The position numbers were made by a program, and so were the translations under genes. Below are positions 14,122 to 27,203 of a DNA stretch of 64,000 nucleotides, in pieces. The stretch lies in NCBI RefSeq assembly GCF_036321535.1, contig NC_087472.1, positions 97,900,001-97,964,000 of the forward strand. Direction: 5' to 3'. The notes beneath the pieces were generated by a model. It was not told the DNA's origin. It was given only the letters and a program-made list of their open reading frames with translations, and searched no databases. Within the stretch, counting starts at the first letter, position 1; every line of letters starts with the position of its first letter. Source of the stretch: Camelus dromedarius. Taxonomy: Eukaryota.

Positions 14122-15189
14122 ATTTGCAACTATTTTCTTTTAAAATGACAGAGGTCCATACACTTGTCCTCAGGGACAGGACAGAATGTAGGGAATTGGG
14201 CAGAACTGAACCTCAGAGTTCCTGAAAAAAGAACTCCAAGGAAGAGAATGTCAACAGGGGCTTCCAAGAGCTCTTAGCACTAGACATGCTAAGACCTTAG
14301 CTACAGAAAGACACAAAGAACGTGCTTATCAATTTTCAGGTAATGCAAAGGAGGTAGAAATAACAAACCCCTTAAAGGTTAACTTAAAATTCAACAGCAA
14401 TTTGATCTTAATTTAACAGAACAGATAATATTGTAAAAAAAAAAAAAAAAAAAAAAAACAAAAAACCTCCTACTACAGAATACCTAAAAAGGTTGGAATA
14501 TAAATTTATGTATAAATATTTATATGTATACATACACACACACACCTCCCCTGTACATGGGAGCTAGGTAGCAAGATACACGGACTCACTGGATAGGTGG
14601 ATGAACTAGCAAGATAATGAAGTCTTCACTGGCTAAAAAGAAGCAAAAGCAAGAATCCAGAGAGAGAACAAAATGCTACCGCCCACAGCTGCCCTGATGT
14701 TATCTGCAGATCCTTGGCTGCCTAGAGTTTTGGGTTTTAAAGGAACAGCGATCAGGCTCAAGCAAAGAGAAAAGCTGAATAGGTTTCTTTGTAATGGTTG
14801 GTCCCTTAGGAGCTATACTAACTGAAAAGGGGGGATATTCCAGGTAACAGAGTTATAACAAAGTCATTTTCCTTCCTTAGTCATTTCTTTGGTGGTGGGG
14901 GTGGCACGGTCTCTCCTGATCATCTACAACTGTAAACTGGTGTTCATGCAGAACTGGATCTAGAAATCACCCACCTTCCAAGAACTGAAAAAAAAACACT
15001 GGCAGAGACTTACTTTAAGAGGTCCAGAAATCTCCCAGAAGTAAACCCAACTGCTTTCTGGAAGAAAGCACATTAAACCCAGGTTTTAAAGAATTCTCAG
15101 AGATGACAGTTTCTACAAATATTACTCATCACAAAAGGAAGAGAGCAAGAGAGGAAGGAAGGAAGAATACAAATCACAAAACACACAGC

Positions 15190-15560
15190 GAAATCGGCCA
15201 CTTATTTCATACCACTTCATATCCTCTTGGCTTTACCCAACACTTGTACAAGTTGCCACTGTGATCTCCAGCTCTGCAGATTCCAGCCAAGTAAAACGTA
15301 TGCTCCTGAAGATAGGACCAAACTGACAGTGCCTCATTTTATACCTGGGCATTGCACCTCTTGCTTCCCTCCTGAAGCAACCTGCCACTATGACCCAGTG
15401 GCATCACTGTACACAACTTGGTCATGAGAGAGAGCTAACACTCTGTGGGTCAAACTTTGACCAATAGGAGCTACAAGCTGGGGGATGAATGGTTCTCCTT
15501 TATCCTCCCAATGGCAGTCTTGAGCAGCAGTTGATTTGGCTCCTCGGATACAGGACTCTC
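15190..15560. mobile_element. LTR16-like ERVL LTR fragment
   Basis: tgtgggtcaaactttgaccaatagga motif. Confidence 0.5.
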
Positions 15561-16429
15561 AGGACAAACACAGAGAGTATGCTAGCAAGAGACCTTCCAA
15601 AAAGAAATTCTGAAGAATTCAGGTCATGACAAAGGAAGATGATTACAGAAGGCAAGTCTGAGATGCAAGAAGGAATAGTGGGCCAAGCCTATGGTAAACT
15701 GTGGGGAAATGTAAACAAGTATCATCTCTATAAAGCAACGCTAGTTTCCAAATTTGTGATATTAAACACAAGATACAATTAACGCAGTAGACAATAAAAG
15801 GATAGTCAGAATTGGGTAAGGAAAGTTAAAGCTTTCTAAAGTCCTCATATTCTTTAAGAGCAGGGTAACTAGTGCTGAGATTCAGGCTTCAACAAGCTAA
15901 ATATACAGGTGTCACTGGATGTTCAGCTGGATTCTTCCAGACTCATTTGTAATTGGGACACCAATAAGGAAATATCAGATACCAAGGTGAGTGTGCAACT
16001 GAAGCTCTCACGTACGCAATTTGCAAACGCTTATTTAAGAACCAGTCTCATGACCTTTGGAACCCCCAGGCAGAACAAGGATATAAAAGGGAGTCAGAAT
16101 GCAGAAATGGGCCAAGATTTGATGAAGATATCTCATCTGAGAAAGCTATTCCCAAACTGTGATTTCCCACTTCCCTTGTTGGGGAGGATTGAGGTGGTGC
16201 TACCTTCCCACCTCAAGTCTAATCTGAGGCATTTCCATGGTTCCACCCAGCGCACTCACGCTTAAGTATATTTCCTGTATTTGGAAGACATAGAAAACTT
16301 GTCTCTCACGCCCGAAAAACTTAAAGCGACCTATGATGGAAATGGCCACCTAGAGATTCCAGCAGAAAGAAGCTGGTATCAAGTGCTAGATTTCTAAGGG
16401 CCATAAAAGTAAAAAAAAAAAAAAAATCC

Positions 16430-17520
16430 TACAGCAAACACCACACTGGGAATGTTAAAAGAATCTCTTTTGAAAGTGGAAAACAGAATGGTCGCTATCA
16501 CCACTTCTATTCAGTGTTGGCCTGGATGCCCTAGTCAGGCAATTAAGACAAGGAAAATAAATAAAAGCTCGTAAGAACTCAAAAGGAAGAAATAAACCTG
16601 ACAGATGCTATGATTGTCTGTGTGGAAAAACTAAGATAATCTATAAAGATTTAGTCTTATTAAGAGGGTTTAGCAAGAGTGCAACCACACTACAATGCAT
16701 TAGTTAGCAACCAGCAAAGTTAGCAAAGTCCTGGGTTCAATCCCCAGTACCTCCTCTAAAAGGTAAAATACATAAATAAACCTAATTACCTACCCCCTGC
16801 CCAAAAAAAAAAAAAAAAAAAAAAAAAGACACCATTTAAAACCACAACAAATGAATACAAGGCACATAAGAACAAATAGAAAGTTGTGTTAAAGACTTAT
16901 TGAGAAAATAAAGATATTCAAAGATATTAATAAAGAGTTAAATGGAGAAATACATCCATGGATAAGAATACAATTTCATAAGGCTCTCTTCACACCAAAC
17001 TCATCTGTAGATTCAATGATATTTTAATAAAAATCCTAACAAGTTTTTTAAAGGTATTTAACAAGCTGATTCTAAAAATGATATTCAAGAACAATAGACC
17101 AAGACACTTCCGAAGAAAAACAAGGTGTGAGAACTCATATCAGATATAAAACCTTTCTATAAATTATAACAATTGAACTATTGTGGTTTGGGCATAGGAA
17201 TAGGCCAATTGACCTCAGTAACAAAACAGAGAGCCTAGAAACAGATTCCTGCCTAAATGGAAACTTGGTACATGACAGAAGGGGCATAAGAAATTGGAAA
17301 GGTTGGACTCTTGAACAAATCTGCTGAAACAATTAGTTACACATATGGAGGAAAATAAAATTGGATTTCTTCCTTGATTTAAAAAAAATCAACTCTCCAT
17401 AATATAGGGACTTAAATGTGAAAGGCAATATTCTTAAAATATTTCAAAGAAAATATAAGAGACTATCTTTATGCCACTGGGGTAAGGAAAGATTTACTAA
17501 ACAAGATCGCAAAGTACCAA
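16430..17520 (+). mobile_element. Old L1 (L1M) ORF2 fragment
   Basis: Degenerate ORF2 DNA: accacttctattcag, tgtagattcaatg, aagctgattctaaaa, gacttaaatgtgaaagg. Confidence 0.75.
16728..16828 (+). mobile_element. Vic-1-type SINE 3' fragment inside the old L1
   Basis: gtcctgggttcaatccccagtacctcc...aaataaacctaattacct, then polyA. Confidence 0.75.
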
Positions 17521-18359
17521 CCACTCAAAGGTATCTAAAAAATAAAAATTAAAAACAAATTTTAAAAAATCACTGCCCCCCTCCACTTCTGTATATCACA
17601 CCTTTAGAGGAACAGAATCAAAGGGAATCATGTTCACATAAGGATAATCAGCATAGTTCATGGTGAGGGGACTGGAGATCTTCTTACATATAGAATGGCT
17701 ACATAAACTTGGGATTTTTAATTTTTTAAAAAAAGAGAAAGCACAAATTTATATGGCAAACAATAACCGCCTTTCCGAAGGCTTGATGTACGCTGGAGGA
17801 CAGGAACTTATCACCACACACCTCCAGTTTTCTCTCTTCTCTTGGGAGGTACCAGTATGGAAGGAACTCTTTGGGTTTCTCTCTTCAGCCCACCTGTCTT
17901 CAGTAGAGAAGAGGAAAAAGAGGCTCAGGCATGTGTAGACCCTGAACTTGTGGGCTTTAATCTTTCAGAGTTCATAGGGAGTTCTGTTTGCCCCTACAGG
18001 AGGAGGTGGTAGATAAACATACAGAGATGCTTCTCTGCCCTTCAACAAACTCAGCCCAATTCAGAGGGAAGCGGTGGATGCCAAATGTTTTCAGGCCAAA
18101 GCCCCAATTTACCCACAATAATGTGGAACTTGCAGTGATATCTAACTTGTATGTATATTTCCAGTTGGCTCAAAACCAACAGGGAAAAGGTTATGAGTAA
18201 TAGCCACATGATCACCACCCTTAAAACCGCAACCAGACTTGTGAGTTATGTTTATACATCCTTCCTTGACCTGGAAAGGATTTTAAACAACCCGCCTCTT
18301 AGGAGTGGTTGTTTAACCACTTAGGAGTTCTCCAAAGCAGAACTAAGATAAATAGGTAT

Positions 18360-18552
18360 AACTTATAAACAGAAACATTTCCACTTGAACTTGTTAATAT
18401 GAAACAACTTTCTTGTTAATATAAAAGAATACAATAATTGGTTGGTTCAAGTGTAGTTAAGTTTCCTGGCAAATTTCTAGTTTAAGCCACCAACCCACAG
18501 AAACAGAAGGGAATATTCCTGTAGGATCTGCAGCCTCTAATGTGCCTTCTGA
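18360..18552 (-). pseudogene. Possible decayed exon (SEGTLEAADPTGIFPSVSVGWWLKLEIC)
   Basis: Strong acceptor ttcttttatttcattgactcttacAG. Donor not identified. Confidence 0.35.
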
Positions 18553-18808
18553 CTGTAAGAGTCAATGAAATAAAAGAAATGCAGACTTAAAATAGAGCTT
18601 GGTCATTTAAGGTCTTAAAAAACAAGAGCAACGCTGGTGATTTCTGACCAATATTCTTGAATTGCCAAGTAACTTTTTCAAAATTTTCATGCTATTTCCT
18701 ATAATTTTTGCCATCAGAATCCCATAGGACTCTTTCTTTCTGACATAAATTTTGAAGTGCGTCAACCACAAAAGCAAGACAATTTCTCACAGAGAAGAAT
18801 GGTCTTAC

Positions 18809-18983
18809 CTGGAGAATTAATCATCACTTAAAAAGGGTATGGAGACTGACTCAGCCGCCTTTAGATAGAGCAGAAGGCATTCTGTATATGTAACTCATTT
18901 TATCTGTCTTTCCCCCAAACTCCTATCTTGCTTTGTTTTTCTGTCAAAAGCGGCGTCCTGCTTTTCTTTTTTGAAAACTGCCC
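18809..18983 (-). pseudogene. Decayed exon (AVFKKEKQDAAFDRK...ECLLLYLKAAESVSIPFL)
   Basis: Acceptor ccactctcttataAG and donor CAG|GTAAGA. One frame with 2 stops. Confidence 0.55.
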
Positions 18984-19029
18984 CTTATAAGAGAGTGGGT
19001 TGATAGCACAGTGGGTGGGTCTCCTGCTT

Positions 19030-19380
19030 GTCTGAATAATAGGGTCACCTGGAGAGGTTTTGCAATTTCAATGATCAGGCTACACCCCAGACCAATTAAA
19101 TTAGAATACCAAGAGGTGGAGACCAGATCTGCACGTTTCTTTTTAAAGTTCTCCAGGTGATCACACTTCTCGGACAAGGTTGAGACCCACTCTATGAGAA
19201 AACACTAGCAGTTCCCAAACTTGAACCTGCATCAGAATCATCTGGAGGGCTTGTTTGTTAAAACAGACTGCTGGGCTGCACCCTGCTGGGTTTCTGATTC
19301 AGCAGGTCTGGAGTAGGGCTGAGAATCTGCATCTCTAACAAGTTTCCAGGTGATTCTGCTGACCACACTGGGAGAACCAT
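19030..19380. mobile_element. Two adjacent MER5-like MITEs
   Basis: caccccagaccaattaaattagaat..ccaggtgat, and cagttcccaaactt..gcatcagaatcatctggagggcttg..ggagaacca. Confidence 0.75.
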
Positions 19381-19534
19381 GGGAATACACAGATGTGTGG
19401 ACTTTAGCCTATTTGGTTCTCAAGTAGGGAGGCTACAGGATAAAAACTGAGTTGGTTGGTGAGGTTGCCATGGTGAGGTGGATCCCCCCCCACCCCACAC
19501 TACACACACAAGTCAATAAAAAATGATGCCTTCT

Positions 19535-20162
19535 AATTCGAAAAGATACGTGCACCCCAATGTTCATAATAGTACTATTTACAATAGCCAAGACATGGTA
19601 ACAACCTAAATGTCCATTCACAGATGACTGGAAAAAGAAATTGTGGTATATATATACAATGGAATACTACTCAGCCATAAAAAAGAAACAAATAATGCCA
19701 TTTGCAGCAACATGGGTGGGCCTGGAGATCATCTTTCTAAGAGAAATAAGCCAGAAAGAGAAGGTATAATACCATATGATATCACTTAAACGTGGAATCT
19801 AAAATAAAAGACACAAAGGAACTTATTTACAAAACAGACACAGACTCACCAACATAGAAAACAAACTTATGGTTACCAGGGTGGAAGAGGGTGGGAAGGG
19901 ATAAATTGGGGAGTTTGAGATTTGCAGGTACTAACTACTACATATAAAATAAAGTTTCTACCATATAGGACAGGGAACTATATTCAATATCTTATAGTAA
20001 CCTATAATGAAAAAGAATGTGAAAAGGAACATATGTATGTATATGTAAGACTGAAACATGCTGTACACCAGAAACTGACACAACATGGTAAACTGACTAT
20101 ATTTCAATTAAAAAAAAGAAATTTATCACAAATAAACAAAGTGAAGTAAGAAAAAAAAAAGA
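19535..20162 (+). mobile_element. L1 3' fragment
   Basis: aaaagatacgtgcaccccaatgttcata..., 3'UTR and polyA. Confidence 0.9.
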
Positions 20163-20506
20163 AATGGTTCCTTCCCTCTAGTTTGTTTTTCCCCTACTTT
20201 TAGTTTGTGCTTAATACCCCAGGAAGTCTCAGTCTAGAGCTCACTTTTAAAGATTTTAACATAGTATAGTTATAGCCAAAGGAGGTCCAGAAGGCTTTGC
20301 AGAGTTCCAACAGCCCTGATAGAAACAGATTTTTTTAAAAAACCAAGTCAAATATAAAACCCACATCATCATCTCTTTAAGGGGGAGAAAAAACATACAT
20401 GTATATATACACATCCATATATACACACAAATATATTTATTTTCTTTTTATAGTAATATTTATAACAAACATGATGAAACCAAGGTTTTTAAGTGCAATA
20501 TTTAAC

Positions 20507-21170
20507 CTGGCCATTTTCAGGCAAGCCAGGTCGCTGCGGTTTGAGACAGACAAATTCACAATGCTCCCAGGAATAGATCCCTCTCCGCCCATCTCCCAGG
20601 GTATTCGGGAACTCTGTCTGAAGGAAAACTCAAGATGTATCTGCTATTCCTATCTGTTTCAAAGCCTTGATAGTCTTTTAGTGTTTTGGAGGTTTTGTTA
20701 TTGAAGAACAGTGGAAACAAAAAAATTAAGTTACTCCTGCTAAATTTGTACAATCAGTCTCAGCAACCTGGCCACATCCTTGAATCTATCTATCTTTTCA
20801 AGCAGTCCTGGCCTCAAGTTTCAGATTTATGCAAGTTCCCTGGCTCAGACAATCTGCAGGCTGTTTCAATATCAAACCCAATGATGAGAGTGCCAAGACC
20901 ATTATTTTCTTTAAATTCAAAGGGAAGACTTCCATTTTTTCCACTTTATATTCAGCATTTGCTACCACATTCTCGATGTCTTCCTTGCCTTTCACAGCCT
21001 TCTTTCAAGTTGGGAGTGAGAAGCTAATGAAATTCAGGAAGAACAACATAAATGCAATCTCATCCCGGAGGAAAAATGCAGTCCTTCATTTTGCCTAAGA
21101 TTGAAACCCTCAACCCTGGTCCCTTGAAAATGTGCTTCCAGACTATCTTCATCATCACCCTCATTCTATT
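20507..21170 (-). pseudogene. Large decayed exon, probably the start of the WD40 region
   Basis: Acceptor tcttttctcattttacccAG and donor CAG|GTTAAA. Fragments NEGDDEDSLEAHFQG, GTLIIGFDIETACRL and KIMVLALSS, with many frameshifts. Confidence 0.5.
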
Positions 21171-21809
21171 CTGGGTAAAATGAGAAAAGATGTGTGAAAT
21201 ACTTAAAAGAGCTCAGAGCACTGTACAAGTCTGAAGGTTGGTTATTATTATACCCAGACACAGGCTGCTACTCAGGCGTGTGATCCTCTTCCCCGATGAC
21301 TCAACGGTTGATAAGTCTTCTTACAACTGGTCCAAGAGTAGTAATTAGTCATCTGTCTGGCTCTCACCCTGGTACTGCATGGAGTTGGGTGGGATGCGGG
21401 GGTGGGGAGGAGTCACATGAAGACTTAAAACTAAGTACTGATTCATGATCTTTAGAGTATCAAACCAGAATTGAGTCTTACTACATTGACCTCATATTCA
21501 CCTGGACTGGGCTAGAGGAGTTTTTCATTTAAGGCCTGAACCTAGCTGGACTCACAATCAAATTTCAAGGTAGGAGGAGGGACGTTGAATTCAACTCTCT
21601 TAATTTACACATGGGTCAAAGAAATCCAGAGAACTGACTTGCCCAGTGTTTCACAATGACTCAGGACCAAGCAGGAAGTCTATCACAGTCCTGATGCAGC
21701 TTCATATGGAGAATCATACTGTCTGGAGCTAAAGCACACTGATCATAGCCCCAGTGATTAGTAGATGGGTAGATGGACAGAAAGATTCGTTTAACACAGT
21801 ATTTAGGGA

Positions 21810-21935
21810 TGTCCATAGGAAGCTGGTCTAAACATTGAGGATTCTGTTGACATGCCTTTTGAAAAAGTCTGCAAAGTATTTCCATCTGTGGTAAAGTAGT
21901 CCTTGTACCCATTAATAATTCACAACTCAGCTCAG
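21810..21935 (-). pseudogene. Probable exon remnant (ELSCELLMG..LFQKACQQNPQCLDQLPMDIPKYC)
   Basis: Lies within the supplied ORF 21661..21954(-). Resembles NWD2 SLSAELQQRLL..CDKDGPKYC (recalled). Splice ends unclear. Confidence 0.5.
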
Positions 21936-22387
21936 CAAATTGAGCAGAGAACAAACCTTATCATTAGTGCAAACTACTACTGTCAGCACTAATGAAAGTA
22001 ATTAACATCGATATTTAAGTTTTTTGCTTACTGAGTAATTGGCAAGGGATTTAAAAAATAACTTCATGAGGAAATTAACCAGCCATCCCATAACTCTGTA
22101 CTTTCGTTCCATTGTTTTAAACATCTTAATTGCCAGGAAAGCTTAACCACACAAAATGGGGGGAAAAAAAAAGAGGTTAGGAACTCCGGAAGGGTGGTTC
22201 ATCATTTTCCGCAGCTTACTTTTTTCATTATAATACATTTTCCATTTTTAATTAAATGAATAAAATAGCTGTATGGCCTGTGAGATTATATATAATTGCC
22301 AGATAAAGCTGCAGATATCTCTCTCCTTAATGTGCTTAGAGAAGACAGCTCTGCTGCCTTTTAAATAGACACATTTTCTTCACTTAC

Positions 22388-22564
22388 CTTGTTTTGAATT
22401 TGTGCAGGCTTATAAAATCACAACAGATGTTTCCTGTGGGTACCAGGTACCAAATAAATTATACATCAGTTTCCCGTTGGTTTTCTTTCTTAGCAGTCAT
22501 CAGATTCTTTTGAACTCAAAGTTGGGTAAGACAAAATCAACTCTATTTTCAATCTTCTCTACTC
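22388..22564 (-). pseudogene. Decayed exon (VEKIENRVDFVLPNFEFK / ENQRETDV*FIWYLVPTG)
   Basis: Acceptor ctcattctccatgcAG and a consensus donor AAG|GTAAGT. Resembles NHRKMSELLYHLTRCG (NWD2) and NLRKLKELPYHLLHSG (NWD1), both recalled. Confidence 0.68.
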
Positions 22565-24490
22565 CTGCATGGAGAATGAGGGCCAAGTCAATGATAGTAA
22601 CCTGGACATTAAGAATTTAAAAAAAAATTTTTTTTTAAAGGAGAAAGTTGACTACCTCCCATCAAAGTTTAAACAGTAATACACCAATACACCAATGGGC
22701 ATTTACTGTGTCCTGAGCACTAGGAAGGATACAGAATGATGAGACATGGTCCTTAAATTCAGGGGGCTACCACTGAAAGTAGCCAAGTTAAACATAAGAG
22801 TAATATGCTGAGGAAAATGGTGGAGTTCCTCTCTCTGGAGTTGGGAAAGCATTTTCAGTAGGGAGGGAATTTGTTATAAACAAGATGGCCACTCAAGTTT
22901 CCTTAAGTCCTATGGATCAGATTTTATCCAGTTCAAAGTTGTAGGGATTTAAAATACTTGGCAAAAAACACCAAATTTTCAGCAGTGATTGCATGAGCTA
23001 CAAGAGATGACTTTGGAATAGGCTCTGCCATGCCAGGGCATCGTGAAAATCATCAGGTATAATGATCACATTGGATAGAGAGGGAGAGAGTAAGAAGAAG
23101 TCAAGGGTGAAGTCCTCAATGACTCTCCAAGAGGTCTGGAGATGACAGTGCAAAGAAAGGGGTCTCAGCAATAACCGGTTGGTGTGACCCTTGTAGAAAG
23201 AGTGGTTTCCCAATAAGAGCAAGGGTGCAGTGGCCAAGCTACCTCTAGGTCCTGGGTCCTGGTGGGGCAGTTATAACTAGTGGCGCCTGTGTGGCTGCTG
23301 TTTCAAGGAGGAGGAGGAAGAGGAGTAAATGTGTAACTAGATTCAGAGTATCCATTTACAATGAAACCGAGGGCAAGAGGGAAGACTGAGAACTATTAAA
23401 TGGTGAACCAGCAGGGGAATGGGAAACTGAGGACCAGGACAGTCCCAGACTGGATAAAGGTAATACCAGAGGATGGAGAAGTGGGGCTTGCACCTTTGGT
23501 GAGTGAGAAGCAAAATTTCTGGAACTGTAACTGTGAAGCTACGCAATGGCCCCTCCTCTGCGCTCCCTAACTACCCAAGCCTGGAAAGGCTCAGGTCCCA
23601 GTTTAGAGAGAAGTGATAGTCCACAAAGACTGATAAAACTAAGCATTGAAAACTTGTCTCCAGTATGTCTTTATTATCCTAGAGGCCTCAATAAGTGTTT
23701 ACAATTAGAGTGTATCTTCAAAACTGTTTGCATCTTAGCCCGAGGAACACACACGCTTATTACTTTTCCACTTCACTGTTTGGGCAACTCCCCTCCCCAA
23801 ATCTAAAGAGCCATCATCGTTGTCATTTATTACTATAAAGATGGTGATGATGTGAGAGCTTAGAAATGATCAGTGTTGGTCTGACCCAGGTTTTGCAAGC
23901 ATGGCTCTGGCCCATCCCTGTCACTTCTAAAATTGCTTATCTCTACTCAGTGCGATGTGTAAATTGTCAGCTGCAGTTGGAGCAAAGAATCTTACTGCTC
24001 ATCATGAAAACTGGCTGTTCTAAAGCGCGTTCTGCAAGGCAGCTCTTTTCTAAAAGTGGCCCATTATTTCTTGAATTTTTAACCATCTTGTTCTAGCAAG
24101 TCTAGGGAGGAATAGGCCACGGAATGGGTGTGCAGAACTGAGGACAGCCTGGCCCCCTTCCCATGTCCTTCCTTGGCCACCACAGCTGATGAACTGAGCT
24201 AACAGCACATGCCAAAGGCTCTCCTACTGTCTGACACATACTTAGGTTTGGGGTTTACTGGCTCAGACCCAGTAGCTGGGCTTCTGTGCTGCAACTGGGA
24301 TTTCCTTGACCACCAACCATACCTGCTATCTTCTATCTTCCCCACCAACCCAAACCCAGAACAATATCTGAGCACACCTGTGACCTGACCCACAGCATCC
24401 CTGACATCACTCTTATTTTCCTGGGGACCCAATCTGCTTCAATCTCCTTCCTTCACTTTCACTGTCAACACCTCCCACTCTAGAAGACAC

Positions 24491-24585
24491 AGGCCAGGAA
24501 AAATACAGGATCTGCACCTGAGACTGAATGTCTCCTTGAATTTTGCACTCTGGGCACCTCCCTTGTTTTACCTTAGTCCTGGCCT
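24491..24585. mobile_element. Short hAT-type MITE (MER91-like)
   Basis: 9-bp inverted repeats aggccagga and tcctggcct bounding about 95 bp. Confidence 0.5.
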
Positions 24586-24635
24586 TGAGAAAACCCATCC
24601 TTATCTATAGCTCATTTGGCAGGATCTCTATGCCC

Positions 24636-25140
24636 TGTGTATTGTTGTTACTCTGTAATAAACCACTCCCGAAATTCAGTGGCTTAAAATAATAACCATT
24701 TATTTATATCAACTCAGGAGATTGGCAACTTCGGCTGGGCTCAGTAGGACAATTCCTCTGGTCTCACCTGGGCTCCCTCAAGGGACCTCGCTTAGCTATG
24801 GGTGGGCTCGGGGGCTCTACTTGACTGGTTGTTGACTGGATTGCCTCAGATTGCCTCCACAAGGTCTCTCATCCTCCAATAGGGGCTTATTCTCATGGAA
24901 GGTAGGGCTCCCAGACACAGAGAGCAGATGTGCACAAAACATACTGATGCCCAGGCTCAGAGATGACACACTGCCTTATCTGCTGCATTCTGTTGGCCAA
25001 AAAGAATCATGAGGCTAGCCCAGATGTGGGAAATTACCTCTACCTGTTAATGGAATGAGCTACAGAGTCATAATGCAAAAAGCTTAGCTAAAAGGATGGG
25101 TGAAGAATTGCAGCCATTTTAATCCTCAATCTACCACACC
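24636..25140 (-). mobile_element. MLT1-type LTR
   Basis: aaaccactcccgaaattcagtggcttaaaataataaccattt..ctgcattctgttggccaaa..tttaatcctcaatctaccaca. Confidence 0.75.
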
Positions 25141-25587
25141 TTGCCTAGCTTCACTCTGGCCCCTCTTCTCCAGGACTGGCCCCTATTTTCAAACCCTAAG
25201 CCCACTGAGTATGATTCCATTGCATATGGATAGGTATCTAACAAACAGGGTAATATCTAACCATCTGCCAAGTTTTCAACAGCCATCTGAATTCCTAACT
25301 ACCAGGTCTATACATGTCTATGAATCCAATGATGTCAAAACTTCTAGAAGTTGCACTGAGATAACATTCCTTTGGCAGTGTTCCTAGATTGATATAATGT
25401 CTCCAAGAGGCTGGCCTTCATGTCAATTTCAGTTTCATCATCCCCACCCCAACTCTGTCCGTGCCTTCTCTTTTTTATACAATCTCTTCTCCTTCCCCTG
25501 AAGGACTCCAGTAACAAAGCCTTACACCTGAGTCTTCCTGAATGACAAGAACTGTGAAAACTTCTTATCTGAATCAGTGGTTCTCAA

Positions 25588-26005
25588 ACAATAGTCTCTT
25601 CAACAAATGATGCTGGGATAATTGGGTATCCACATGCAAAAGAATGAAGTTGGAGCCCTACGTCATACCACATATAAAAACCAACTCAACATGGATCGAA
25701 GACCTAAATGTAAGAGCTAAAACTATAAAACTCTTAGAAGAAAACTTAGGGGTAAATCTTCATGACCTTGGACTTAGCAAAGGATTCTTTGATATGACAT
25801 AATAGCACAAGCAACAAAAGAAATATTAGATAAATCAGACTTCGAAATTAAAAACTTTGCTGCATCAAAGGAAACCATCAAGAAAGTGAAAAGACAACCC
25901 ACAAGATGGTACAAAATATGTGCACATCATGTATATGGTAAGAGTCTGGTATCCAGAATATATAAAGAACGTGTACAACACAACAGCAAAAAAACAACCC
26001 AAGAC
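25588..26005 (+). mobile_element. L1 ORF2 fragment
   Basis: agtctcttcaacaaatgatgctggga..aaagtgaaaagacaacccaca. Confidence 0.85.
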
Positions 26006-26068
26006 GAAGTGGCAATGGACCTTCGTGAATGGCTAACAGCCCCTGCACAGGAGTTAAAAACCTGTCTT

Positions 26069-26168
26069 GGGGGTAGGTATGGCTCAGTGGTGGAGCACAT
26101 GCTTAGTATGCACAAGGTCCTGGGTTCAATCCCCAGTACCTCCATTTAAATAATTAAAAAAAAAAAAA
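26069..26168 (+). mobile_element. Vic-1-type tRNA-derived SINE
   Basis: ggggtaggtatggctcagtggtggagcacatgcttagtatgcacaaggtcctgggttcaatccccagtacctcc plus polyA, with Pol III A and B boxes. Confidence 0.85.
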
Positions 26169-26262
26169 GGAACTTGTGCCTTGCTTGGAGCTGAGTCCCC
26201 AAAGTTTTCCTGGGAAGCCTAGATTAAACTGAAGATCAAAGTAGACAGGGTGAGTTCTTCCC

Positions 26263-26702
26263 TGTGGTAGACTGCCTGCTGTGGCCCCATTTCATCACAA
26301 CTTTCTGCATCCACACACTTGCCACAGCCTCATCATGAGCAGAACTTACTTCTCTCCACCTTTCCTGACATTCTGGCCACGTGACTTGCTTTGGCCAATA
26401 AAATGATGCAGCAGTGACAATGTGCCAGTTCCAAGCCTAGGCCTTAATGTAACTTGTGCACTGACACTTCTCTTTAGTCTTTTTGCAATCACATTGTGAA
26501 CAACATGCCCAGGCTGGCTCACTGATCCCAGTAGGACAAAGAGAGACACATAGAGCAATACCAAATTGCCTCAGCTAAACCCAGCCTAGATTAACCAATC
26601 TCTGGTCAACCCTCAGATTTGTGAGCTGAATACTCACTTTTTGTTTGCTGAGATTTTGTGGTTGTCATGCAGCATTACTGTGGCCACAGTTAACTGCAAC
26701 AC
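26263..26702 (+). mobile_element. MLT1-type LTR
   Basis: tgtggtagactg..tgacttgctttggccaataaaatg..gagattttgtggttgtcatgcagcatta. Confidence 0.8.
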
Positions 26703-26721
26703 CACCCCAGCCCCATCTCAC

Positions 26722-27203
26722 CACAGTCACTCATTGCAGGGCCAACAATACCCTTAGATATGCCAGGCTGGGGACAGCGCTTTCAGTCAGCATCTTCAAG
26801 CTAAGTGTCCTGCTGACTTTCAGGTAAAGCCTAATGTGGGCTGAATTCTAGAATCCATAGATGCCCAAGAAAGAAGACAAACATTCCTCCTTGCCAGCTG
26901 ATTAAGTACACGGTGTGGCTAACTGCATCATATCCCAAACCTCCGAACTCCTAACACGTTCCACAGAAGCAGCAGATGTCATCTTGACAGGATTTCTTTG
27001 TTTTCTCAATAGATGCTACAAGAGCTGCCCATGTTCTCTAGAGCAAGCAATTTATCAAGAGATCAAGATTATTCACTGTGTTTTATTAATACATTTTATG
27101 CAGTCATACTGATTTCAAACAAAGTTATCTTCTATCTAATTGTTTTTGCCTCTAATCTGACGAGAGCATTATCTGAGAACAACTGTATCACTCCAAAACT
27201 TAT
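26722..27203 (-). pseudogene. Decayed exon: winged-helix-like region
   Basis: One frame reads ISFGVIQLFSDNALVRLEAK..ISMTA*NVL..SLDKLLALE..LLLLWNVLGVRR..RRNVCLLSWAS (N codon at 26885). Compare NWD2 EQLFWSLEKK..YITMAKMGLSEMELEDVLALD..KNVTLLVWAN (recalled). Confidence 0.72.

Noticed and set aside
22388..22564. PARP-like reading of VEKIENR..FEFKR
   Set aside because: There are no PARP catalytic motifs, and the context fits the NWD N-x-R...Y/H-L...G motif.
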